Source: Parcubacteria group bacterium
Lineage (GTDB): Bacteria; Patescibacteriota; Minisyncoccia; Moranbacterales; UBA2206
DNA length: 64,000 nucleotides
Reading direction: 5' to 3'
NCBI GenBank assembly: GCA_041661275.1
Contig: JBAZUU010000001.1
Location: 229,057 to 293,056 of the forward strand
The position numbers and the translations under genes are program-made. The notes under the pieces are model-generated. The model was given only the letters and a program-made list of their open reading frames with translations. It searched no databases and was not told the DNA's origin. Below are positions 49,969-60,398 of the stretch, piece by piece. Position 1 is the first letter of the stretch. Every line of letters begins with the position of its first letter.

Positions 49969-51744
49969 TTACAAAGTCTTCTTCTTCACTTCTTCCCTAT
50001 AGCAAACAATAGTGTCTCCTTCTTTTATCTTCGTCTCACCCAAAAAAGTTATTCCGCATTCATTGTCCCGCTCACACTCCGGAACATTAATTTTATTTTG
50101 TTGAAGGTTGTCTAATTTTCCTTGTCCGATAATGTTGTCATCTCTCATAACTTCAAGAAGACAACCGTTAGCTAGTCTTCCTGTGGTCACTTTTCCTCCG
50201 ACGATCATATCTTTCTTTCCGGTTTTGAAAAGTGCCAGAACTTTCATCTTGCCCAGGTCATTGCGAATAATTTCCGGTGGCAGCATATCAATCAATCTAT
50301 TTTTTATATCTTCGATAAGTTCATAAATAATTTTGTAACTTTTCACTTCCACATTGGAATTTTCAGCCATTCTTTTGGCGACTGGCGTGATTTCCACACT
50401 GAATCCATAAATAATAGCTTTGGCGCTGGCGGCTAGCCGCACATCTGATTCGGTTATATTACCGACACCAGTCGCGACATAATCAATAGCCACTTCATCT
50501 GATTTAATTTCCCCCAAAATCTGCTCGATAGCTTCGAGAGACCCTTGCACATCTGATTTTAGGATAACATTAAGCTTTTTCACGTTTTCGTCAGCGATGG
50601 TTTTCATCATTTTTTGCGCGGTGAAGGCGCCTTTTTCTTCTATTTGCTGGTTTCTGATGGCGTCATGCTTGGCTCGGGCAGATTTGGCGGAAATAACCTG
50701 GACTATATCATTAGTATTAGGAGCGCTATTGAGGCCAATGAGACTAACTGGGGTGGAGGGTAGAGCCTGAACAATTCTAATTCCTCTAAAATCCTCAAGG
50801 CGTCTTACGCGGCCATAAGTTTGGCCGGCAATAATGTCCTGCCCCTCTTTTAGTGTTCCAGTTTTAACAAGAACTGTGGCGACAGGTCCTTTTTGCGGGT
50901 CAAGATGAGATTCCAGTACCACGCCCAGGGCATCGCGAGTATAATCAGCCTTAAATTCTTCTACTTCATCGATCAGAAGTATATTTTCCAAAAGTTCGTC
51001 GATGCCGATATTTTGCTTGGCACTAATCTTGGAATATAGAACGTCACCGCCCCAGTCTTCCAGAAGAATCCCGTTTTCGCCTAATTCTTGTTTTACTCTT
51101 TGTATATTTACTCCCGGTTTATCGATCTTGTTTATTGCCACAACTGTCGGAATTTTTTTAGCGAGAAGATATTCGATAACTTCTTTCGTCTGCGGTCGCA
51201 CGCCGTCGTCTGCTGCCACCACAAGAACAGCAATGTCAGCCAGGCTCACGCCGCGTTCGCGCATAGCAGAGAAAGCTTCGTGGCCGGGAGTATCAACAAA
51301 AGTGATGAGTTGCCCCTTCTTTTTTACCTGATAAGCATTGATATGCTGGGTGATCCCTCCGGCTTCTTTGGCGACGACATTGGTTTTTCTGATGGTGTCG
51401 AGAAGGGTGGTTTTCCCATGGTCAACGTGGCCCAAAATTGTGACGATAGGCGGACGTTTTTTCAAATGTTCTCCTGATTCTTTTTCCTGTTTTAATATTT
51501 CGATCAATTTTTCCAGAGTCATCCCGGCCTCTTTTTCCGTTATTTCTTCAGAAACTTCAAAACCCAGGTCAGACGCAATAATAGAGGCTGTCTCGAAATC
51601 AATTCTCTCGTTTATCGTAGCCAGAATGCCATTTTTCATTAGTTCAGTGATAACAGCATTCAAGGGCAAGTTTAAAAGCTCACTGAATTTTTTGACAGTG
51701 ACAGACGCGGGCAATGAAACCTTTTTTGTTGCTATATCGGGCAT
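49969..51744 (-). CDS. infB: translation initiation factor IF-2 (short)
   Basis: GHVDHGKT, GGITQHI, DTPGH, NKID. Confidence 0.97.
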   Translation of the reverse strand: MPDIATKKVSLPASVTVKKFSELLNLPLNAVITELMKNGILATINERIDFETASIIASDLGFEVSEEITEKEAGMTLEKLIEILKQEKESGEHLKKRPPIVTILGHVDHGKTTLLDTIRKTNVVAKEAGGITQHINAYQVKKKGQLITFVDTPGHEAFSAMRERGVSLADIAVLVVAADDGVRPQTKEVIEYLLAKKIPTVVAINKIDKPGVNIQRVKQELGENGILLEDWGGDVLYSKISAKQNIGIDELLENILLIDEVEEFKADYTRDALGVVLESHLDPQKGPVATVLVKTGTLKEGQDIIAGQTYGRVRRLEDFRGIRIVQALPSTPVSLIGLNSAPNTNDIVQVISAKSARAKHDAIRNQQIEEKGAFTAQKMMKTIADENVKKLNVILKSDVQGSLEAIEQILGEIKSDEVAIDYVATGVGNITESDVRLAASAKAIIYGFSVEITPVAKRMAENSNVEVKSYKIIYELIEDIKNRLIDMLPPEIIRNDLGKMKVLALFKTGKKDMIVGGKVTTGRLANGCLLEVMRDDNIIGQGKLDNLQQNKINVPECERDNECGITFLGETKIKEGDTIVCYREEVKKKTL

Positions 51745-51759
51745 AAAATAACTTATAGT

Positions 51760-52263
51760 CTACTTCTTATTAATAGCGATTTTTATCGCTTCTTTTTCTT
51801 CATCAGTTAGCGGATATTTTTCCGACTGGCCGTCGGTAATATTTTTGCAATATATTCTTGTTCCTTCGCGGGAATAGAGAGAACTGATGGTTAGTCCGGT
51901 ATTTTTTCCGTTGAGAAGAGCAATGGCAAAACTCTGATCGCCGCCTACGTCCCGGAAAGGATTGAAGCGGACAATGCCTACTTTGAATAATCCGCGCGAG
52001 GCTAAGTTGTTGATCTGGTTGGAAATATTAAACAGCTCTTGAATATCGTGATCGAGCGTTTTTATGGCTTTCCCCTGGCTCAAAAGCAGCTCTTCCAGAT
52101 TTCCTGTTTTCCCTCCGGAAAAGAATTCCTCGTTTTTTTTGGCTAATCTTTTCAATTTTACCTGCAAAATGATGTTCCAAATAAAAAGAATAATCAAAAA
52201 AACAAGGAACACCAAGAGTAATAATGGCAGAAAATGTTGGATTACTGTTGCTATATTAGCCAT
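51760..52263 (-). CDS. DUF4446 family protein
   Basis: N-terminal TM; GIVRFNPF.DVGGDQSF, LTDEE. Confidence 0.85.
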   Translation of the reverse strand: MANIATVIQHFLPLLLLVFLVFLIILFIWNIILQVKLKRLAKKNEEFFSGGKTGNLEELLLSQGKAIKTLDHDIQELFNISNQINNLASRGLFKVGIVRFNPFRDVGGDQSFAIALLNGKNTGLTISSLYSREGTRIYCKNITDGQSEKYPLTDEEKEAIKIAINKK

Positions 52264-52328
52264 TTATTTCGATTATTGCGGGGGATAAACTTATTTCAGG
52301 CTAACATTAGTGGGGGTAAATGTAAAGG

Positions 52329-52417
52329 CGGAAGCGGAGGGATTCGAACCCCCGATACCCTTTCGGGTATACCGCATTTCGAGTGCGGCCCATTCAACCG
52401 GACTCTGGCACGCTTCC
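52329..52417 (-). tRNA. tRNA-Ser(CGA)
   Basis: Cloverleaf with long variable arm, G73. Confidence 0.93.
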
Positions 52418-52508
52418 AAAATATTATATTGTTGATTAATCAAAATTATTGTACAATATAAACACAGACAATCACTTTCTAGTTTAAAACAAAAAAATAA
52501 ATAAGCCA

Positions 52509-53111
52509 ATGGGCAAGACAAAAAATTCTATTATTTCTGAAAAGCTGGATGTTCCAGTCGATGGGGCGAAATTTTTGAATCCGGAAAAAATTGTGAAAGA
52601 GATGGAAATAAAGCCGGGGATGATCATTGCTGATTTTGGTTGTGGTACCGGATATTTTTGTTTTCCTTTGGCTCAGAAAGTGGGGAAAGGCGGAAAGATA
52701 TACGCTATTGATATATTGAATTCCAAGTTGGAAACAGTAGCCAGCCAGGCCAAACTCAGCGGTATCAATAATATTATAACCAGCCGGGCCAATCTGGAAG
52801 CGACAGAAGGATCAAAGCTTCAAAAAGAAAGTGTTGACTGGGTAATTTTGGTCAATATGCTTTTTCAAAATAACAGTGAGGGGAAAAAGAAGATCATGCA
52901 GGAAGCTAAAAGAGTATTGAAAAAAGGAGGAAATATACTGGTTATCGAGTGGGATAAGGACAAGTCAACTATCGGTCCTGAAAAAACTATCAGAGTTTCC
53001 AAAGATGAAATGATGAGAATCGCCCGGGAATATGGTCTTGGGATTGCGACAGAAATTCCGGTTAGTGATTTCCATTACGGAATGATTTTGGCAAAATATA
53101 AAGAAAACTAA
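52509..53111 (+). CDS. class I SAM-dependent methyltransferase
   Basis: ADFGCGTG, YAID, RVLKKGG. Confidence 0.88.
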   Translation: MGKTKNSIISEKLDVPVDGAKFLNPEKIVKEMEIKPGMIIADFGCGTGYFCFPLAQKVGKGGKIYAIDILNSKLETVASQAKLSGINNIITSRANLEATEGSKLQKESVDWVILVNMLFQNNSEGKKKIMQEAKRVLKKGGNILVIEWDKDKSTIGPEKTIRVSKDEMMRIAREYGLGIATEIPVSDFHYGMILAKYKEN

Positions 53112-53143
53112 GGCGGACGAATTAATACGCAAATATAAATAAG

Positions 53144-54520
53144 ATGAAAAATAAAATCGTTATATCAATTCTTTTTTTTACGATGCTGCTGACTCTTTCC
53201 GGTTGCGGATGTAAGTCAAATAATGCCGGTCAGGCAGCGATAGAATTGGAAATTTGGGGACCCATTGATGACAGCTTTACCTATAAGGATGTGTTCGAGG
53301 CCTATCAGAAGTTATATCCCAATGTTAAGGATATAAGGTATAGGAGATTTTCTCCGGATACGTATGAAAAAGAATTGGTGGACGCCCTGGCCTCGGGACA
53401 AGGTCCGGATATATTTCTTATTCACAATACCTGGCTTCCGAGTTTTAAGGATAAAATTATTCCGGCGCCCGCGGAGATCATCAATGAACAAAGATTCCGA
53501 TCGAATTTCGTCGATGTGGTTGTTGCCGATTTTTTGGATCAGGGAAAAGTTTGGGCCTCTCCGCTTTCAGTTGATTCTCTGGGGCTTTACTATAATAAGG
53601 ATCTTTTCAATGAAGCTGGTATCAGCACTCCGCCAAAAAACTGGGATGAATTTGGAAAAGATGCTCGGCTGTTGACTAAATTTTCAACGAGCCATGAAAT
53701 TATCCAGTCGGGGGCGGCATTCGGCGCAGCTTATAATATTAATCGCTCAACAGATGTCCTTAATCTGCTTATGATGCAAAGCGGGACGCAAACAAATGAT
53801 AAGGGCGTTCTGGACTTAAGAACCTCCAAAGTTACCGGCGGGTCTAACTATTCTCCGGCCGAAGATGCTTTGAGTTTTTATACTCAGTTTGCTCAAGCTA
53901 CCTCGCCCTACTATTCCTGGAACTCGCGGATGCACTATTCCATTGACGCTTTTTCAGAAGGGACTCTGGCTATGATGTTCAATTATTCCTGGCACATTCA
54001 GACTATAAAAGACAAATCACCCAAGCTGAACTTTGCCGTTGCTTCGGTTCCGCAGTTTGCCGGAAGCTCGCCGATGAATTTCGCCAACTATTGGGGGTTT
54101 GCTGTGGCTAAAAATAAACAAACTGCGGAAGGGGTAACCAATGAAACCAGGATTTCTGAAAGTTGGAAGCTTATTAATTTTTTGACAACCAAGCCGGAAG
54201 GACAGTTTGCTGCCGCGAACGGAGGGATGCTGGGTAGTGGAGCGATCGACTCCAATTATGATCCGGCGAAAGAATATCTCGAAAAGACAAGAAAGCCGGC
54301 GGCCAGACGCGATCTGATTGAAACGCAAAAAACTGACGCGGAACTGGGAGTGTTTGCCAAGGATAACCTGATAGCCAAGAGTTGGAAGGAAGTCCAGCCG
54401 GACGCGATCGAAAGCATATTGGCGGAAATGATAGACCAGGTGAATAAAGGTCAGGCTAATGTTACCGACGCGATAGAAACAGCCAGTCAGAGGATAGGGA
54501 AATTAAGTAGCGAGGAATAA
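53144..54520 (+). CDS. extracellular solute-binding lipoprotein (family 1)
   Basis: Lipobox LSGC, GQGPDIF, LYYNKDLF. Confidence 0.88.
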   Translation: MKNKIVISILFFTMLLTLSGCGCKSNNAGQAAIELEIWGPIDDSFTYKDVFEAYQKLYPNVKDIRYRRFSPDTYEKELVDALASGQGPDIFLIHNTWLPSFKDKIIPAPAEIINEQRFRSNFVDVVVADFLDQGKVWASPLSVDSLGLYYNKDLFNEAGISTPPKNWDEFGKDARLLTKFSTSHEIIQSGAAFGAAYNINRSTDVLNLLMMQSGTQTNDKGVLDLRTSKVTGGSNYSPAEDALSFYTQFAQATSPYYSWNSRMHYSIDAFSEGTLAMMFNYSWHIQTIKDKSPKLNFAVASVPQFAGSSPMNFANYWGFAVAKNKQTAEGVTNETRISESWKLINFLTTKPEGQFAAANGGMLGSGAIDSNYDPAKEYLEKTRKPAARRDLIETQKTDAELGVFAKDNLIAKSWKEVQPDAIESILAEMIDQVNKGQANVTDAIETASQRIGKLSSEE

Positions 54521-54550
54521 TATTTTAATATAATATAAAATAAAAATAAA

Positions 54551-55282
54551 ATGAAGAAAAAAAATATAGCGATTTTCATTATTATGTTTCTAGGACTGAT
54601 TGCCGTATCAAACATAATAACAGCACAGGCCGCTACAACCACAACTGATACCGCATTAGAACAATTAACTGGGAAAACATCAACCACTTCTTCCTCAAGC
54701 GATTCAACAATTTCCTTTTCTTTTCTTAATCCTATTGGCGCCACTACTGTTGCCGCGGTTCTTAAGAGCTTATTGACCAACCTGCAATCAGTAGTCATTA
54801 CTATTGCCATAATCTTTATAGTCATCGGAGGTCTTATGTATATGATGTCCGGCGGGAGCGAAAAAACAATCACGCGCGCCAAGTCATGTGTTGCCGGGGC
54901 AGTGATAGGATTGGCGATAGTGCTGGCGGCACCTATATTCCTAAATGAAGTTATAGCTATTTTTGGCGGCTCCAGCGGAATTGGTTCTACCGGCAGTAGC
55001 GTCAGGCTCAAGACTGTTGTGGAAAAAATTCTGGATTTGTTGTTGTCTGTTTTAGGAATCATTGCTATAATCTCTCTAGTTGTCGGAGGCGGAATGTATC
55101 TCACTTCCTATGGCGATGAAGACAGAATAAAGACGGCTAAAAAAATTGTTACTTACGCCATAATTGGAATAGTGATTTCTCTTTCAGCATTGGTTATTGT
55201 AAGTGAAGTAGGAAGTATTTTAGGCGGAACCACTTCGAGCAGTACCTCATCCACTTCAATATCGAGCTTGTTGGGATTTTAA
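54551..55282 (+). CDS. VirB2/TrbC-like pilin, two pilin domains
   Basis: Signal peptide plus two G..Y..S.G....AK......IG units. Confidence 0.8.
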   Translation: MKKKNIAIFIIMFLGLIAVSNIITAQAATTTTDTALEQLTGKTSTTSSSSDSTISFSFLNPIGATTVAAVLKSLLTNLQSVVITIAIIFIVIGGLMYMMSGGSEKTITRAKSCVAGAVIGLAIVLAAPIFLNEVIAIFGGSSGIGSTGSSVRLKTVVEKILDLLLSVLGIIAIISLVVGGGMYLTSYGDEDRIKTAKKIVTYAIIGIVISLSALVIVSEVGSILGGTTSSSTSSTSISSLLGF

Positions 55283-55297
55283 ATAGAAAGTTGAGGT

Positions 55298-55455
55298 AAC
55301 CCCAGCACCAATTCCGATAAAAATTTACATATTATAAAGATTAGTGCTCGGATTCGCCTTCGGCTTAGAATTAAACAAAAACCAAAGTCTCTCGAGTGAA
55401 TTGGTGCGGGGTTCTCAATTTTGTAACCACTCGCTTCGCTCGCGGACAAAATTGG
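55298..55455 (+). repeat. structured intergenic repeat, copy 1
   Basis: Shares CCCAGCACCAATTCCGA, GCTCGGATTCGCCT, GAATTGGTGCGGG and CAATTTTGT..ACAAAATTG with copy 2. Confidence 0.85.
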
Positions 55456-55478
55456 AAAAATAGAAAGGCAGGTGTTAT

Positions 55479-55829
55479 ATGAAAAAAATAAAAATGTTGT
55501 TCTATTCTATGAATGTCGCGTTGCTGACTGTTCCGGCGTTGGCTTCGGCTCAATTGACCAAACCGACAGGAACCGGACTTCCTGAAAGCACCCTTTCTAC
55601 CATTGTTCAGAACGTAATGTATTGGCTTTTGTGGCTGGTGGGAATCGTCGGAGTTATCGGATTTGCTATTGCCGGACTTCTCTATCTCACCGCAACGGGA
55701 GATGAAACCAGATTAAACAGAGCTAAAAGCGCTATGCTTTATTCCATAATCGGAATTATCGTGGCTTTGGCCGGACTTATTGCCATCAACTTCGCCTATG
55801 GCCTTTTGGGAGGAGCGAAAAAATTCTAA
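55479..55829 (+). CDS. VirB2/TrbC-like pilin
   Basis: GLLYLTATGDE...RAK...YSIIG. Confidence 0.8.
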   Translation: MKKIKMLFYSMNVALLTVPALASAQLTKPTGTGLPESTLSTIVQNVMYWLLWLVGIVGVIGFAIAGLLYLTATGDETRLNRAKSAMLYSIIGIIVALAGLIAINFAYGLLGGAKKF

Positions 55830-55925
55830 GTGATCATTTTGAATTTTTCAGATAAAAACAGTCTGCGGGTTATCCACAGGCTGTTTTGTTTTGTGAAGTG
55901 TGGTATAATAATGCTGCGGTGAAAT

Positions 55926-56083
55926 AATCCCAGCACCAATTCCGACAAGGATTAACAAAGTGTAAAGATTAGCGCTCGGATTCGCCTACGGCTTTAATTT
56001 AAAATAAATATTAAAATAAGTTTGCGAATTGGTGCGGGATGCTCAATTTTGTAGCTACTCGCAAGGCTCGCAGACAAAATTGG
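55926..56083 (+). repeat. structured intergenic repeat, copy 2
   Basis: Same conserved blocks as copy 1. Confidence 0.85.
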
Positions 56084-56096
56084 CAAAATACAAAAA

Positions 56097-56465
56097 ATGA
56101 AAAAGAAAATATCTTTTCTCGCCGCAGTTGTTGTTTCTCTTTTATTTTCGGTCGTGGATACCGGAAATGTTTTTGCAGCTTGGAGCGCTGACACCTTAAC
56201 CACATTCGGTCTACCAAGCGGAACTATAACATCAATCGTGGGATATATCTTGTTGTGGCTTCTATATATGCTGGGTATTGTGGGTGTGATCGGATTTGTC
56301 ATTTCGGGTCTTATGTATCTTATTTCAACAGGGGATCAAACTATGATCGATCGCGCCAAAAAAGGGATGACCTATTCAATAGTCGGAATCGTTGTAGGTT
56401 TGGTCGGTCTGGTTATCATTAGGGCGGTTGATACCATACTAAGAGGAGCTTCATCAACTTTTTAA
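56097..56465 (+). CDS. VirB2/TrbC-like pilin
   Basis: GLMYLISTGDQ...RAKK...YSIVG. Confidence 0.8.
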   Translation: MKKKISFLAAVVVSLLFSVVDTGNVFAAWSADTLTTFGLPSGTITSIVGYILLWLLYMLGIVGVIGFVISGLMYLISTGDQTMIDRAKKGMTYSIVGIVVGLVGLVIIRAVDTILRGASSTF

Positions 56466-56468
56466 GGA

Positions 56469-56837
56469 ATGGAAATGAAAAAAGTAAAAAAATATCTATT
56501 ATTGGTATTCTCAATAGCTTTCGTGTCTTTTCATTGTGAAACAGTTATGGCTGCCTATTCTCTTCCCACCAATACCGGCTTGCCAACTTCCAGTTCAGGA
56601 ATAAAAGGAATTCTTGCCAATCTGCTTAGCTGGCTCCTGTCGATTTTTGGCATAATCGCTATCATCGGGTTTGTTGTTTCCGGTATTCAATATTTTCTGG
56701 CTACGGGAGATGAGAAAATGATGCAGACCGCCAAGAGAAACGCTCTATATTCAATCCTTGGTGTTATTGTGGCGCTTTCCGCTTATGTTGTCATAAAGGC
56801 AATCGATACCGCGCTTAGAGGATCTTCCGGTTTTTAG
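56469..56837 (+). CDS. VirB2/TrbC-like pilin
   Basis: GIQYFLATGDE...TAKR...YSILG. Confidence 0.8.
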   Translation: MEMKKVKKYLLLVFSIAFVSFHCETVMAAYSLPTNTGLPTSSSGIKGILANLLSWLLSIFGIIAIIGFVVSGIQYFLATGDEKMMQTAKRNALYSILGVIVALSAYVVIKAIDTALRGSSGF

Positions 56838-56904
56838 TTTTTGGAAATTTAAAAAAGGCGTCCCGTATTGAACGGTTCGCCTTTTTTGATTTGCCGCAAT
56901 CCTT

Positions 56905-58107
56905 TTATTGCGGCGTCAATATTATTTTTTGGCAGAGAGAAATAATCTCCACCTCTTCTTGATCCGACTTCAGGACAAACCCGAAGTCGTTGGTAGCTAT
57001 TTGTTTCTTAACTTCCGCGTCCAGAAAGGCGCAGATACGGTGGCTGCTAGTATACCTTGCTGCCTCCAGGGGAATAATTTTTCCGTAAACCGTCCCTTTT
57101 TCAGTCTCTCTCTTGTCTAGCACCAGAGAAATCGGTTCTTTTTTTTGGTTCCCTTTTTTAGGATCGGATCCGGGATTTTTTTCCGGCAATTTCTCTGAAA
57201 ACTTTCCTACCGGAATAAATCCGACATATTTTCCCGGCTGATCCGTCACTGGATCGGGCAGGGAAAATTTTTCGAAGATGACGCCGTTGACTTCAACAGA
57301 TTCATCCATGGCGACAACCTCGGTCGATTTTGTATATTTCAAAGTGAGGGGTATACAACCGGAAGTTGTGCAAGAATACACGGTTTCTCCGGCCGGAATC
57401 TGTCGTGTGCGCTGGGATTGATTGAGCTCACGCGATTTCAGATTCAGTGAGCTAAACAATCCATTCGCGAAACCGGTTTTTCCGGTACCGGGAATCAGGC
57501 CTGGAGGAATAATGAGATATACAGAATACAAGAAGCATCCAATCGCGTAGTAATAGATGACATCTTTGTATAAAGTAAATCCCTTTTCCCATTTCCATGC
57601 TGCAAGCTTTATAATCAACAGGCTTGAAAGCATGAGTATGATAGCACGACGGTCAGTGCCGAATGGAAGGGTGCCCAGAAACAAGGATGCTATGGACGCC
57701 CAAAGCAATACGGTGCCAACCGTGTCTATGTATTTGTCCAGAAAATCTTTCACCGCTTTCTTTTTTTCTAATTCAACTTCTATTTCTATTGACTCATCTC
57801 CAGTTTTATCCGGAGTTTTTTTAAAGAGTCTGGAGAATGCTTCCAGGCCAAGCACGGACAGGACTATTCCTTCTCTCGATGCCACGAATATGACAAGAAG
57901 AGAAATGATGAGGCCGATAATCAGATTTATACCTTTCAGGCCGACTAGGTTTAGAGCATACTCCGCGAGAATAAGAGGAATGATGAGCAATATTGTTCTC
58001 ATCAAAAACCTGCTATGAATTTTTTTCCCTCTTTCCTTCAGTGATCCTAGTGTGTCATTGGGATCCAGCCCGAAAATTTTTGCCAGTATTTCAAGAATAT
58101 CGTTCAT
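56905..58107 (-). CDS. membrane hypothetical protein
   Basis: 400 aa, several N-terminal TMs and a soluble C-terminus; AGGAGG SD. Confidence 0.7.
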   Translation of the reverse strand: MNDILEILAKIFGLDPNDTLGSLKERGKKIHSRFLMRTILLIIPLILAEYALNLVGLKGINLIIGLIISLLVIFVASREGIVLSVLGLEAFSRLFKKTPDKTGDESIEIEVELEKKKAVKDFLDKYIDTVGTVLLWASIASLFLGTLPFGTDRRAIILMLSSLLIIKLAAWKWEKGFTLYKDVIYYYAIGCFLYSVYLIIPPGLIPGTGKTGFANGLFSSLNLKSRELNQSQRTRQIPAGETVYSCTTSGCIPLTLKYTKSTEVVAMDESVEVNGVIFEKFSLPDPVTDQPGKYVGFIPVGKFSEKLPEKNPGSDPKKGNQKKEPISLVLDKRETEKGTVYGKIIPLEAARYTSSHRICAFLDAEVKKQIATNDFGFVLKSDQEEVEIISLCQKIILTPQ

Positions 58108-58110
58108 GGG

Positions 58111-58896
58111 TTATTTTCCTCCTACAGTGGCGATAGTATAGAGAAGAAAGGTCATAATTGATGCATATCCAAGGATAAACAGAACTCGTTTTGTGGGTGA
58201 GTTGGACAAACGGAAATCAAACACATTAGCCCAGTAGCTCATTCCTGGATTTCTTCCAGCGATTTTTTTGTTCATACCATCCAAGCCGGAAATGACATCG
58301 TTTTTGTTTTCCGATGCCCACTTCTTGAACTTTTCGAGTTTTCTTTCCCAATCGCCCTTGAGAACCCCAGTAGAATCAAGAAGATTGAGTTTCTGGTGAT
58401 TAGTCAGCTTGGAAAAAGCGATAAGAAATCTTACGGCCGGATTAGTTCTGATTTCGGTGGTTTTCTCTTTTACTTCCGGAGCACTTTTCGCGCGGGGTAT
58501 TTCATGACGTTCCTTGGTTACCCTGCAACTTTCCTCATGATAAAGAATTCCCAGGGAAACCCTAAAACGTTCATTCTGTGTTCCATCCAGGTGTTTTTTC
58601 TGGAAAGCAACAATTTTGGCCAGAGCTCGCGGGTCTTTCTTTTCCAGCTTTTCCATAAGCCTTCCGCAAAGATCTAAATAAATAGCCGTGTCGGAAAGAT
58701 TAAGAAAACCTCCGAATTTCAGTTCCGGACCAGCCGTTTCAGCTGTAGTTTCTCCTGTTCCCGCGATTCCCGAAGCGACCTTGTTCCCCAAAGCAGAAGA
58801 AATGTATTTCTTCATCTGGTTCAGGCTGAAAAGTTCCGTTACAGTATCACTGAAGAGACTTATTATGGTTTCTTTTGCTGTGTCGAGCATGCTCAT
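58111..58896 (-). CDS. hypothetical protein with C-terminal TM
   Basis: 261-aa ORF with GGGGG SD. Confidence 0.65.
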   Translation of the reverse strand: MSMLDTAKETIISLFSDTVTELFSLNQMKKYISSALGNKVASGIAGTGETTAETAGPELKFGGFLNLSDTAIYLDLCGRLMEKLEKKDPRALAKIVAFQKKHLDGTQNERFRVSLGILYHEESCRVTKERHEIPRAKSAPEVKEKTTEIRTNPAVRFLIAFSKLTNHQKLNLLDSTGVLKGDWERKLEKFKKWASENKNDVISGLDGMNKKIAGRNPGMSYWANVFDFRLSNSPTKRVLFILGYASIMTFLLYTIATVGGK

Positions 58897-59091
58897 GATT
58901 CCCCCCTATATGTATTATGTAATTTTCAAAGAGCCCGGAGGCTCAAAAATAAGCCTATTATCAGTACATCTGATAACATCAAATACTAGCATAAATTTTG
59001 GAAAAATGCAAGGGAGATTGACAGGAATTTAGCAATATGTAATAATTATATTACAAAAAGGTGTATAATATGTAATTAAATTAATACAATT

Positions 59092-60285
59092 ATGAAAAAA
59101 AGACTACTTTATTATGAAATTATACCTTACATAAGCCATAAAAACGCCATTGTTATTACCGGAATGCGTCAGGTGGGAAAAACGACATTAATGAGACAGA
59201 TTTTCGAAGATATTGACCAAAATAAGCCAAAAATATGGTTTGACTTTGATAATCCTTTAGACCAAAGGACTTTCGAAGATTTGGAGTATCGGAATATTTT
59301 CGAAAGACTGAAAATTGCCAGTGGGGCAGAGAGAGACGAGCAAATATATGTTTTTATTGATGAAATTCAGAATTTTCCCGAAATAACCAAAATAATAAAA
59401 TTTCTTATCGACAATTTTGGGGTAAAGTTTATTGTTACCGGATCATCAAATTTTTATCTCAAAAATCTGTTTCCGGAGTCGCTTTCCGGAAGAAAGTTTC
59501 TCTATGAACTTTCTCCGCTTAGCTTTCGGGAGTGCTTATATTTTAGGGATAAATTATCCATGGAGCAAGCAATGAAGGTACGGCTCGAGGAAGGACTGGC
59601 TGAAAAAAATATTACCGAATTTCAAAAGCTGGATCAGGAGTATGAGGAATATTTACGTTTCGGAGGATTTCCGGAAGTAGTTCTGACTTCAGACATCGAA
59701 ACAAAACGGCTAGTGCTAAAAAATATATTTACGTCATTTTTTGAAAAAGATCTGAAAATAATCTCAGGCTTTAAGGACGTTCGGGAACTACGTGATTTTA
59801 TCCTCCTGCTTGTTCCAAGGGTGGGATCCATGCTGGATGTTTCAAAATTAGCGGCTGAATTGGGGATATTAAGGCCGAAAGCCTACAGCTATTTGGAATT
59901 TTTGCGGGGAATATTTTTTATCCGGCTTCTTCCAAAATTTACTAAAAGTATCGACCGGTCAGTTGCCGGAGGAAAAAAAATATATTTTACCGATAACGGT
60001 ATCCTGACTACCGTTGGTAACGTTAATGATGCTCAACTTTTCGAAAATGCGGTCGTGAATCAGCTGGCTCTCTACGGCGACCTGAGTTTCTACAATAAAA
60101 GAAACAAGGAAGAGATTGATATAATTCTCAAAAAAGAAAAAGCTTTTGAAGTGAAGCTCGGAGGAAGCAAAAAATATCTCGAAAAAGCGGAAAGGATATC
60201 TGCAAAAATTGATATTAAACAGGTTTTTGTCGTGAGTCGAAAGTATAGCAAGGAGGCGGGTATGGTTTTTCCAATGTTTTTATAG
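59092..60285 (+). CDS. AAA_14 ATPase with DUF4143 domain
   Basis: GMRQVGKTT, IDEIQ, TGSS, ESLSGRK, GGFPE, EIDI..FEVK. Confidence 0.9.
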   Translation: MKKRLLYYEIIPYISHKNAIVITGMRQVGKTTLMRQIFEDIDQNKPKIWFDFDNPLDQRTFEDLEYRNIFERLKIASGAERDEQIYVFIDEIQNFPEITKIIKFLIDNFGVKFIVTGSSNFYLKNLFPESLSGRKFLYELSPLSFRECLYFRDKLSMEQAMKVRLEEGLAEKNITEFQKLDQEYEEYLRFGGFPEVVLTSDIETKRLVLKNIFTSFFEKDLKIISGFKDVRELRDFILLLVPRVGSMLDVSKLAAELGILRPKAYSYLEFLRGIFFIRLLPKFTKSIDRSVAGGKKIYFTDNGILTTVGNVNDAQLFENAVVNQLALYGDLSFYNKRNKEEIDIILKKEKAFEVKLGGSKKYLEKAERISAKIDIKQVFVVSRKYSKEAGMVFPMFL

Positions 60286-60398
60286 CCGTAGTTGTTGAGA
60301 ATGGGCATGAAAAGGGGCTGAAAATCAGGCTTTCTTTGACCTTCTTTATGCCGATGTTATAATAAAAGCATTAAGCAACAATTAATATAAAAATAAAA

